The position numbers were made by a program, and so were the translations under genes. The notes under the pieces are model-generated. The model was not told the DNA's origin. It did no database searches and saw only the letters and a list, made by a program, of their open reading frames with translations. Below, in pieces: positions 10,561 to 22,843 of a DNA stretch of 56,929 bases. Positions within the stretch are counted from its first letter, which is position 1, and every line of letters starts with the position of its first letter. The stretch is from Chromera velia (taxonomy: Eukaryota): NCBI GenBank assembly GCA_018398765.1, contig JAHBMJ010000106.1:1-56929 (forward strand), read 5' to 3'.

Positions 10561-12312
10561 CACTTACATACATGAATGAAAACTCAGAAATTGGACAAGG
10601 AGGCACGCTCTACAGCAGGAAGATCGTGTGCGTGCGTGCGTTTGTGCCTGTGCCTCTGTGCAGGCATACGAGGAAGCGCTTCTTTTTCTGGAAACCCATC
10701 AGGCAGAAGACTGGGATCCTGTATGGGTCGGTAGGTTTCCGGTCTCTGGGTGGGTGGGGGGAAGGATTAGGAAGGGCTGGGTGGGCTGGATGGCGGTATG
10801 CAACAAGGAAAAACGTCCGGAGCTAGGGTGAAGTAGCGTCCAACTTCTTTGTTTCGTAGGGCTGGCACAAAGTCTTGTTCGTGATTGGAGATGTTCTCTC
10901 ACGGACCCACATGCAGACGAACCCTCTCACTGACGGACTTTGTTCTTGACAGACTGGCTGGCTGGCTGGCTGGACGTCTCCCTGTGGTCCCCAACTGTGC
11001 AGGTTCGCGATTTTCTCCGTGGAGATCTTTTGCGCTTCCTGGAGGTGATTTGTTTCTTTGATAGAACGCTGGTCAGTTAGTGAGTGAATGAGCATGTAGC
11101 TGGGCGAGGGTCGGGTAGACCGAAAAAGAGAAAGTCTGGGCTGTCCTCTTTTCGTTGTTATCAAGTCACTCATCCGCCCACTGGTCAACCGACTCAGGCC
11201 CGACGGTACGACTTCTATTGTGATGGGGGGGGTATATTGAGGATGTAGAGACTGAGATTTCCCTGAAAGAAAAGAAGAGGAAAGAAAAACTGGGAGGGGG
11301 ATAGAAAGTCGAACTAAACCACTTTTCCCACTTTGTTCAAGACTGATGAGGGAAGATCCTGTCTGTCTGTCTGTCTGTCTGGGGGCTTTCCTCCACGTGT
11401 GTGTGTGAATAAATTAACGAATGAATACATACATACACATTTTGTAGGATGAGAACGGGGAGCAACGACCAGAGACAGAGGAGAACGAGGGGCAGTTCCT
11501 CGATCAAGAACTGAAGTGCAGCCGTCTCCTCCTGGTTGTCTGGCACTTTTTTTCCTTTTGGCTTGAGAAGACGACAGCGCTCAGGCAGAAGGTCTGTCTC
11601 TCTCTGTCGTTGTCTCTGGAGGAAAGGAAGAGATTGCCCGTCGCTGTGCTCTTCTTCTTTCCTCGTCTGAATTCTCTTCACTCACTCTCGAGACGGTAGT
11701 GGCAGCTTTGTTGTCTTTTTTAGGATTTGGAGCTTCTTTTGCTTTGCCTGGAAGACCGGAATGAGATACGGAACCAACAGGGAGAGGGTCTCACTGTCTC
11801 CTGCTCCTCTCCTTCCCTGCTTGACGCTTTTCGCCTTTGCGGATAGAAAGTTCAACCCAGACGCTCAGAGAGAAGGATTCGCAGATGCAGGACAGAAAAA
11901 GACCCCGGTTGTTCTGTCTCTGTGTCTTCCTTCCTTCCTTCCTTCCTTCCTTCCTTCTCTCCTTCCTTCCCTTCCTTTGTTCCTTCCATCCATCCATCCA
12001 TCCATTCACTCATTCATTCATTCTTGCAGTCTAGGGACCTCTCAGAGGCAGAGACGCACTTTGTTGACAGGTCCGTTGAGCCGTTTGGATGATGGCAAGG
12101 TTCGCGTCTGTCTTTCGCATACGTATCTGTAAGTGCTCATACTCGCTTCGTGAAAAAAGGGACTCGTTCCATCCTGAGCCAGGAAAGGTTCTACTCTGAA
12201 CATCGTCTAGACTCGTCGATCGGGTACCGCGAAGACACACAAGAATTTAATGCCTGTCCACCTTCAACGCGCGCGCGCGCGCGCGCGCGCGCGTGTGTGT
12301 GTGTGTGTATGT

Positions 12313-12352
<40 letters not shown>

Positions 12353-12414
12353 ATGTGTGTGTGTATGTGTATGTGTGTATGTGTGTGTATGTGTGTGTAT
12401 GTGTGTGTGTGTGT

Positions 12415-12486
<72 letters not shown>

Positions 12487-12568
12487 ATGTGTGTGTGTAT
12501 GTGTATGTGTGTATGTGTGTGTATGTGTGTGTATGTGTGTGTGTGTGTGTGTATGTGTGTGTATGTGT

Positions 12569-12643
<75 letters not shown>

Positions 12644-12662
12644 TGTGTGTGTGTATGTGTGT

Positions 12663-12705
<43 letters not shown>

Positions 12706-12724
12706 TGTGTGTGTGTATGTGTGT

Positions 12725-12785
<61 letters not shown>

Positions 12786-12802
12786 TGTGTATATGTGTTT
12801 GT

Positions 12803-12884
<82 letters not shown>

Positions 12885-15800
12885 GTGTGTGTGTGTNNNN
12901 NNNNNNNNNNNNNNNNNNNNNNNNNNNNNNNNNNNNNNNNNNNNNNNNNNNNNNNNNNNNNNNNNNNNNNNNNNNNNNNNNNNNNNNNNNNNNNNTGTGT
13001 GTATGTGTGTGTGTGTGTGTGTATGTGTGTATGTGAGTGTGTATGTGTGTGTGTGTGTGTGTGTGCAGCTTTCCGGAAATGGTGTCGATCATTCAGATTC
13101 TGTTCGCTTCAGACGCGAGGGTGCAGAGCTTTTATGAGAGGGTGGGTCAGCATGAACGGAAGAAGGGGAGCGTGGAGATGCTGTGAGTTGTCCCACCTCA
13201 TGGAAGCTTTCTCGTCTTTTGCTCAAATGTATTTTTATCTGTATGTGTGCTCGTGTCTTGTGTGCTGCAACCTGTGCCTTCCGCTTTATCCGTGTCTGTC
13301 TGACTGGCGTACTCGGTGCATCTTCAACTGCATTCTTGGTTTTTTGGAGTCCCCGTGGCGTTTTCCGTTTGCTTTCGTGTGGTTGTCCCCATCGCTCTCT
13401 GTCGTCTTGTTTTCGTCTCTATGTGTACGTGAGTGATTTTATAATTCCCGATTCTTGGTTGTTGCAGCAATCCAGTCTCCTGATCCGTCTCGAGAAGGCC
13501 GGAAGAGAGTTTTCGGAAGCTCTGCCCCTCTCTTTCACTGAGAAGACGAGGGACATTCTGCCTGCCCCCACACTCAGCGACCTTCCGGCCGTGGCTCTGA
13601 TGAAGAGGGAGGCAGTTGCAATAGCAGAAGACCCCGACAAAGGGGTGAAGGGGGAAGCAGCTTGGCAAGAGAGAGCGAACAGACCGTCTTTCTGCCAAAA
13701 CTCCAATGTGAGTGTGGCATGTCTGTATTCCTTCCGTCATCTTCTGGTGTTCAATTTCGTGGTCTGGAACACCCATTATAGGGGTTTGCCCCGTCTTGTT
13801 GCCTGTCTTCAAAGCAGGATAGAGAGTATGGATAAAAGCCAACCACGAGGAGGGGGGGAGGGGGGTCAGGTATGTAAATTTGCTTTGGGTCTCTTTGAGC
13901 TTTTAGACCTTCTACGTCCTTTTGGGTTTCTGGTGGGTCGAATCAGTTCCGTCTCCAGCTGGACTATCAGGGTAGGTCGGATGTCCGAGATCGTGTTGTC
14001 ACTTCAAGATGCGATCTTTGATCGTATCCCTTTGCTTAGTGATTCTGAGGTGAGGGAGGTGGGGGCGGGAGGATCGAGACGACAAGAGCTTCTCGAGATT
14101 TTCACCCAAATTCTCACGCCTGTACACGATAAACTGGCCAAGTCGGACCTCGAGAGCGTCCTCATCGTCCACTTAGCGGTACGAACTTTGAGGAGTGGGG
14201 GCCTTCCCAATAGGTCAGTCAGCAGTTGGGTGGCTGGTTTTTCTTTTTTGGAAACCCTCCTCCTTCCTGATTGCTCCCTGTTTTTTCACTGACTCGTTCA
14301 GCTTCTGCTCGTTGCCCACTGGTTCAGTCTTCCAGTTGAAGATTGCCTGAGCTTGTTCTTCCTTTTTTGTACTCCTTGGCGTTTCTCTCACCTGATCGAA
14401 TGAATGCAGGCTGTCTGCCCTAGGGGACTTGAGAACGGAGTCCAACCGCGCCCATCGGTACGAGAAGCAGAGGAAGCAGGAGAAGGTTGAGAGGGAGCAA
14501 AAACGGAGACGGCAGATCGAAAATGTGAAGGCAAAGGACGTCTCCGTCTCTCCCGATGGGACCATAGAAGAGGGGGAGGACTCTGATAGTGAGAGTTCCC
14601 CTATCGCCTCCGCTGTGCTCCCGATTCTTCTCTTCTCTGCAGAAGATGCTGATACTCTTGTAGAATTTGATCGGAGATTTGTGAAAGACATCCATATTCT
14701 GTCACCTGAGGGGTTTGCAGAGTGGATAGCAAGCTCAGATCTTCTGAAGGATATTTTTGGAGAGAGCGCACATCCGGAAGTAGTCAAAAGATCCCTGTTC
14801 CTCTTTACTTTTCTGATCGACCAACAACGACTTCAGCCTTCGCATCTTGAGATTGTGTGGGCATGCGGTAACGCTGCGGTCACGCACGGGGCGCTCACGC
14901 GTGCGGTTTTTGATCTCTTGATTGAAATGGGGTCCACTCTCCCACCGTCTCTGGTCCGGGTGATTGTGCAGAAAGCCAACGATCTGTCTCCCGTGGCAGG
15001 GGCGAATGAGAGGGAAGGGGGGGTGGAGGGAGAGAAGGCAGGGGGGACACAGGGCGAGGAGGGTGGTGTGGAGATCACTTCTTCTTTCTCGCTTCCCGTT
15101 GATGCTCAGCTTTTGTTCTTCTTTCGGGACTTCTCTATTGCCTGCGCTTCTGCAGCCACACCACCCCCCCCCCCATCCTCATCGGAGCCCCCCCAGGCTG
15201 CAGACAGTGGCAGCTTTGCGTTGCCCTTCTTCTGGAGATTGTCCTGTGGGGGTCAGGGGGGGCTGACTGACAATAAGACAGCAGTGGAGAGGTTGATGGC
15301 AGAGGAGCAGGGGGAGTCTCCAATACTTCCCCTTCCTGTCGGTGCTCAGGGGAGGGAAAACGCCCTTGCCGTCTCTGCCATGTCGGCATCTTCCTCTGCC
15401 TCAGCCCGGCCTCCTCCCCTATCCCCCTCAGGGAACGCCCCCCCAACCCCGACTCTCCTGACTGCCCAGCGATGCTTTGTGGACATTCTTGCAAGCCCTC
15501 CCTTCGCGAGGTATCGCAGCGAGTTTCTGCACCGTTGTGTGATGGATCTCGCTGGACAGCCAGACAGCGCCACGTCGATCGGACTGATTCGAAAAATAGT
15601 GGAGGCTTTCCCATCGCAAGAAAGAGAGGATTCAACTCCTCTGGATCCGTCTCTGTTCAAAGAACATGCAATCTCGCGGCTTCAGTTGGTTGAAGGAATT
15701 CTGCAAATGGTTCTTGACAGAAGTCTTCCTGCATTCGCAAGGACGGCTTCTGAGGCAAGAGCAAAGTTGTTGTCATCTGAGAGTACAGTGTCTGAGAGGT

Positions 15801-18800
15801 TGAGGGATCGCGTTGAATCGTTACTCCTCTCTCACCTGTGGTCCCTCCTTGACTTCCTAGTCTTTCTGACTACTAACAGCACCCTCCGACTCTCCCTGCT
15901 CCAGCTGCGTCAAGTGTGGGACCTTGTGGTACCTGTTGAGAACAGACCTTGGGGGGATAAGGGGAGAGAGGTGGTTTTTCTGTGGTTGTCCAAGATTTGT
16001 GCTTTCACGTTTACCTCCAAGGTCTTCTCTCGGCAGATGCTCGAACCACTCGAGTCCGAGGCACTCACCCGCTTCTTTGCCGAAATCATCTGTCACCATG
16101 CAAAGGTGGGGGGGTACGCGAAGTTGTCTGAAATCGGCCTTTTGGCGTTCGTCAATATGATGAAGCTTGCAAACAGACGAGACTGCAACGATGGGCTTTC
16201 AGGGGATTCCCTTGCCTCTGCCCCCACACCTGACTTTGGAAATGGAAGGGCGTTTCATCATTCTCAGGTTGTCGATGCAGACACGCTTGCATTTGACGAT
16301 GTGACTCCTCTCGGTTGGGCCTGTGGGAAGCGCTTCTCGGTCCATCGTTGGGCTTTGGAGGGGTATGAGACCTTGTGGGAGATTGTGCTGCAAGTAGAGG
16401 ACCCATGGGTGTTTGAGCTCTCTGCAGACTTCCTCACCGACCTTCACGTCTTCTTGCATCCCCACAAGGAGACGGCAAGACTGCAGGATGGATTGCAGGG
16501 CGCGTTCATCGATCGTTGCAAAAGTTGGTTACAGAGAGCGTCGGGGGGTGAAAGGGAAGCAGAAGGGGAAGAGGAGACAGAAAATTTGTCAGGCCCCGAG
16601 AGCACCCAGACAGAGGCACGTGTCCACAAGGCCCTCAGTCTCCTCACGAAGATTTTCCGCAAATCTGCAACGTCCACCCTCACGCAGACTCACGCTGTGT
16701 GGCCGGACCCTAGAGTTTCTGGTGTGTTGTGCAGTTCTTCTCTCTCTCTTGAGGATGGACTGTTCGGAGAGTTCTCTCCTTCCCATGAGGTGGAGGCATT
16801 TGACTCCGTGGGAACGAGACGGCAATTTCGATCTGGGACGGGCGCCTCGGCATCTGGATCGGGAGTGGGGGCTCCTGTGCGACACCACCCGTCACACCAG
16901 CATCACCACCACAACGTGACCCTCTACGTGAGCAGAAAGAACGCAACAGCAGACGGGGGAGGAGACCCGAAGGCCATCACACTCAGCACTGGAAGCACCA
17001 TCGGTGCGTCTCTCTGGGTGTCTGTCTCTATGTCTTTCTGTCTGTTGCTTGGTTTTCCTTTTCTTCTGTGCGACAGGGTGAAGCTTCCCCTTTCCCATTC
17101 CCTCCCTTTTTGTGTTCTCTTGATCCCCGATTCTGTGCGCTCCTTCCTTTGACAGAGTGTTCAGGAACAGCGGAGAAAGGATCACGATGTGTTTCTGTCT
17201 GCTCGACCGCTAACGACAGTAGCTCTCTGTTCCTTTCCGCCTCTCCCTCTCCCTCGGCCCCATTGTCTGTCTGCATGTCAGAAAGAGAGGGAAAGACATA
17301 GGAGACAGACCGTGGGTGTTCGCTGACTTTGTATGCATTGTCTGTTTCGCTTCCGGCAGGTGAGCTTCGTGATCGCGTGGCTTCTGCTTATGAGTCGCGG
17401 AGTCTGATGACGTCACTGTACACAAGCAGGGGTACGTCCGTGTCTCTGTGTGTCTAGCCGTTCGCAAGAAAAGAAGTGCGCGTTCCTTCTCCTTCCATCT
17501 CCTTCGATTTTTTGACTGTCCCCCCCTAGATGATGTCTTGGACAGGGTTTATCTGCCGAATCTCAATGCTAACTGTTCGTTCTTTCAGAGTTGTTACTTT
17601 TGAAGGGAACAGCAGCTGCTGTGCCGTCAATTGCCATGCATCCTCACAGCCACGAAAGCTTACTGTTTCGAATATGTTTCCCAAAGGGTCTCCTCCGTGT
17701 TTCTTTTACTGTTTTCTCTTCATGCTTGCTTTCTCTTTGCTTCATCATGCAGGGAATCACTTCATCGACACCGACAATGACAGCATGACAATCGCCGAGT
17801 GCAGAATCCCAACGGCACTCCATGCATCCGTAGGGTTTGCCTCCAAACTCAAGGAGAGCGCCATCACGGCCCACAACAAAATGAGGCTGCAAGCGCACAA
17901 ACTCCGGATGCGTCAAACGCAAGAAGAAGGGGCAGGGCTAGGGGGATTGCTGAGCTTGACAGGTTTGGCGTCAGGGGTGACCGGTGCCGGTGACAGGGGT
18001 GGTCCTGGCGGTTTGGGTCTGTACCTCCCGGGAGCCGCGACAGAGGAGGACACTAATCCCCACTTAGCGCGTCAGACCATCGCAAAGGACCCTGACTTTG
18101 TTGACGCTCTGCTGGACCTTCTGGGGTGAGCTGCTGCGATGATGCCTCAGGGTGTCTTTCTTGGGGCTTTTCCGATACTCGCGCATTCTCTAAATCAGCA
18201 AAAAGAATTGCAGTGCTGATATGCAAGAAAGGGTTTCTCTCTTCCCTTTTCATTCCTGAAAAGTTGATGAAAGCTTGCGGGGGAAGCGACAGACACTTGA
18301 AGCTGATTGGGGGTCCAATCGCGCTCTTTGCTTTTCAGCTCAATATTACGTGGAAAAATGGGAAAGAAGCACGAAAAAAAAAAGAAAGGATTATCTATCT
18401 TACGTACTCGTGCCCAATCCCTCTTCAGGCTGCATGTGCCCTTTTGAATTTCTGACGCAGTTTTGTGAAGCTGCTCACTGCCGCTTGTCCCGCGTTCTCT
18501 TCTTCTTTGTGTTCTTTCTGTCTGTCTGGTTCTCTCTCTGTGCAGAATCGGAGAGCTCCACTGCGAGCAAGCAGCTTGGGGAGTGATCGCCTCTCTTCCC
18601 ACACACGCGCGGCAGTATGAAATCCTGGGTGGGTGGGTCGTTGGGGGGGTGGGGGGCTTGGAGAAAAAGAGGAAGACAACTTTTGGTGGGATCAGTCAGG
18701 GATTGGATGGCAAGATATGAATTTAAACGAAAGAGAGACTTCTGTAACTGTCCAACGTCTGCAGAGATAGCCCGGCACTCTTTCCTCTATTTGGATAGAG

Positions 18801-21345
18801 AAAGAAAAGGTGTCTGGGGAAGTGCCCGAAACGATCTTGAGGTCAAAAGAGCAGTCGCGCAAAAAAGGTACACACGCAAAGCAGAAAAACTGATCGGGGT
18901 TCGTCCCTCCAAGTTGTCTTCTTGGACTGTCTTCCCCTGCCTGGCCTCTTGTGTTTCTTGTGTTCGCAGGCAGGCTCTGCTATCGGCACCCGCCTCCTTC
19001 AGCAGGAGACGCGCGTGGCCGCCGAGCCCACACTCCGCTGTTCAACGAGCTCTACTGCGAGATTGCAGACAGGGAGATTGCACTCAAAGTTGAGAGCCGG
19101 CAACAAAAACATCGGGGGAGACGAGGAAGGATCAGGAGAGGGTCTGGAGAGCGGGAGAGAGAAAGAGAGAAGAGGGCAGGGGAGAGTCCAGGCTCAGACG
19201 AGTTGGACGATGTGGAGGGTGGAAGAGACGGGTCTGTGTCGACTCGGCAGGCAGGTAACGTGAGATTGAGAGATGTTGAGGATGATCCTGATGACAGAGA
19301 GCTTCTGAGGTTTTGGCAGCTCCACTCTCGTCCTTCTAACCCGTCTCGTCTCCTTTTCTTCCTCCGTCTCGTCTACGCAGTCCTCTCTTCTTCAGAGCTG
19401 CAACCTCCACCTCTGTCTGTGGTCGTGCCGCCCCGCCTGACAGGGGGGAATGGCGCTCGTTCAGGTCAGCAAAGGGGGGGAGGCACGGGAGGGGGGGAGC
19501 GACAGCAGAAGGGGTCAAGGGGGGTTCCCCCCGGTGAAGTGTTTGGAGGTGAAACTTCGGGGGAGGCCGTGGTTGGTCACTCTGGTTCTGGTGGGGGCGG
19601 GTCCGTGTCTCGCACTGCGGTTAAGGCAGCAGGTGCTTTCTTTTCGGGGGTAGCGGCGTTGATGGGAAACAAACAGCAGCAGCAGCAGCAACAGGCGAAT
19701 GATAGTTCTTCACTAGGCACTGGAGCAGGAGGGGTACCTGTTGTAGCGGGGAGGGGAGGAGGTCAAGGTATGGCAAGGGGCGGAAGCGGGTCTGGATTTT
19801 TTTCTCTGTCTTTACCGGGAAACGCACAGCCGGCAGATGGACGATCTGAGGTTGCAAGCACGACGGTTGGCTCCACCAGCGGTGGAGATTCCCGTATTGG
19901 AATTGGAGAGATGAGGGGAGGGGATGGGGGTGGATTTGGATCGTCATATTCGGATTGGGGCCCTTTGCCGCCTGCGCCTTTGTGGGCGTGTGCTGTCGTT
20001 GAGTCGGGGGGTCTTGAACAGCTCCTCTCTGTGTTTTTGACTTTTCCCTTCAGTTGTCCTCTGGACGGATTTCTGGAGGCAAGTGAGGCTGATGCTTTCG
20101 GCATTCGACTTATGGCCTTCAGCATGATGGCAGAGGTGCTGTGCCGGTTGCTCAGCCCCACAACTTACGATGCACCGTCGCTTGGGTTGACGCCCCCCGA
20201 CGTTTATTCCCGTCTTCGCAAACTCTCACCTGCGTCTGTGGGAGCATTGCAGGGCCAGAGGCGCACAAGGGAGGGAGACGCAAATGAAAAGCCGGGGCTC
20301 GATGAGCGACCTTTGCTGGGTCAGGTAGTGGCAAAATGCTTAGAAGGCTTGCGAGTGATTTTAAGGTTTCGGGACAGCTCTGCTGAGCAGAGCGTTGCAA
20401 AGACTGCATACATTGTTGAGCAGAAAAAAGAGGGCGAAATGAGTGCAGTCGGGAATGCACTACCGCCCCCTTCTACATACTCACGCTCTGCTGTGCGTGG
20501 GCGGCAAGGAGAAGAATTAGGGGGTTTGAAGGAAGGATCCTCCTGCGACAGCGGCAGTGGGTCCGCGCTGTCTCTTCATCTGACGTTCGTACAGGATTGG
20601 GAAGCATTGTCTGGTTGGGGGGGGCGTGAGGGGATGGGAATGAGAGGTGGAAAGTTGATGTCTGGATCGTCTTCTGTTGGAGTGGGGGTAGGGCGTGTGT
20701 CTCAACTTGTTCGGAGTGGGGGTGATGGGCGTTCAGAAAAGTCGAGTTGTGAGGGAAGAGAGGAGGGTGGAAGTGGGAGGCTGTCGGAGACTGCTGGGGC
20801 AGTGCACCGTTTGTTTGCTTTAGTTGGCTGTTGTGTGTCTTTAGACAGGAGCAGCGTGAGTGAATTATCGGAATTTGAGGGCTGGACGAATTTGCTTGTC
20901 GAGGGTCTGCTTCGGAGCGAGGACGCTGGTGTGCGTTCGGCTTTCTGTGACGGTGTTTTTGGGCTTTGCGGGGCTGTGGATGGGAGTGGAGAGGGGCCAG
21001 CAAGGGGGGGATGGGGAAGTCTGAACGTGAGGGGAAGGGGGGCTGCAGGGGGGCAGCGGGGGGGCGGGGTTGAAGAGGAGACCCCTGTTCTGAGCAATCA
21101 AATTCTTCCGAAGTCAGTGAGCGTGAGTGAGCGTGCATCTCTTGCTTTTTCATCATAATATTGTTTTGTCAGACTGTAGGCAAAAAAGACGGGTTTCCTT
21201 TCCAAGGTCAAGGGGAAAAAACAGCCGGCAGATGTGGGAGTGACTCGAGCAAGCACTACTCTGGGGTTGAGTGTCTTTTGGGGTGCAGTCGTTTTCGAAA
21301 AACTGTCCGTGTGTGTGCGTGTGTGTGTGTGCGTGTGTGTGTGTG

Positions 21346-21384
<39 letters not shown>

Positions 21385-22811
21385 CTTTCCGACTCTACAC
21401 AGACATTTTTTCGAACGAAGGGTTTCTGCTGTACGGGATGACTGCAGGCTTCTCTTTGAGGTTCTTCCTCTCTGTGGATCCCTTTCTCTTCCCTCCTCCG
21501 AAGAGACAAAGACTGGGAAGGGGCAGAAGAGGAGAGGGGAGAGACGGACAGGTAGAGGAGGAAAGGACGGGACCCATGGACCATCACACGCACATTCAGA
21601 AGGTTGCTTCCGTCTTGCAGCTGCACTCCTTGAAGATTCTCTGACGGAGAGCGCACAGAGTCGCAGAGACCCCCTGTTGAACTATCTGCAGAGCCTCAGT
21701 GCGAAGAGAAGGGCAGCAAAAAGACACCACGCAGACTTAGCAGATCCCTTCTCTTTGGGTCTCACGGCAACGTCAGTCACTCAGTACTGCAAGGCGTGTT
21801 CGTGAAGGAGTGTTTGTGTCCTAGGAGACGAGTACTCTTTCGTTCATGCGCCTCTGCGTGTGCGAGTGTGTTCTTGTGTGCCTCTTGAATCCTCCCTCTC
21901 TTTCCATTTCTATCTGTAGCCGTGTGAATGCTTCCCTCTTTGCAGTGGTGCCCTTTTTTGTCTGTGTGTGAAAGTCTGGCGGTCGTCTCTTACAGAAAAT
22001 TCCTTCGGATCTTCAGTTGCGCCTCTTTCTGTCGATCCGATTGCGAAGCTGAAAATACTTGAAGCAATTCTCTGTTCTGCCCTATCCCTTTTCTGCAGGT
22101 TCGCAGTCGCGTTTAATGCGGTGAAGTCAGAAGGAGAGTCTGTTCAAGACGCGACGGCGAGTAGTGCAGAAATTGGCAAGTTGATCTCGACGGTTTTTCG
22201 CCGTCTGAAGAGGAGACGGATTGTTGAGATGAGCACCGATGACGAGGACAGAACTTTGAGGGGAATGTTGAGACTCCTGAGCTCTCTTCTTCTCTGTTTT
22301 CCCACCCAGAAATGTTCCACCAAGTTGGCCGATGAGGCGGTCTGGGAGGTTCTGCACGCCTGTCTCCTGGCTGTGCCTTCATTTCCTCTCAGCTTGACTA
22401 GAAGCATGCTTGGCACTGGATCTAGAGGGCAAGGAGCGCAGCCAGCGGGGGCAGTCGCAGTTCCGCACTCGGCTGCGTCTGTGAGCTCGGCACAGAACCA
22501 GGCCGCCAGACTTCTGCCAGAGAATGAAAACATTCTGGCAGGGGGGCCTGTGGTAGAGTCTCTTCTGTGCAGACTTGAGGGGGCAGACGGCAGGCAGCAA
22601 AAGAGAGGAGTGGCAAGCCAGACCATGCAGAGACTGCCACGGTGTAAGAGCGCCGCTAGTAGGAAAGCTGCGTGGGACCTCCTTCTTTATGTGACTGCAC
22701 ACGGACCGTTGGCCACAGAGCGGGTGTGCAGATACATCTCCCTCTGCCTGTCTTTGCAACTGACGGCTCCGAGGTTGGTTTTCCGTTGAGTCTTGCTTTC
22801 TTTCGATCGAG

Positions 22812-22843
<32 letters not shown>

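Noticed and set aside
12150..13436. Long Cys-Val / Thr-His repeat ORFs
   Set aside because: Translations of the (TG)n microsatellite and N gap; the same applies to the HTYI (38.3 kb) and KKER (44.0 kb) ORFs.
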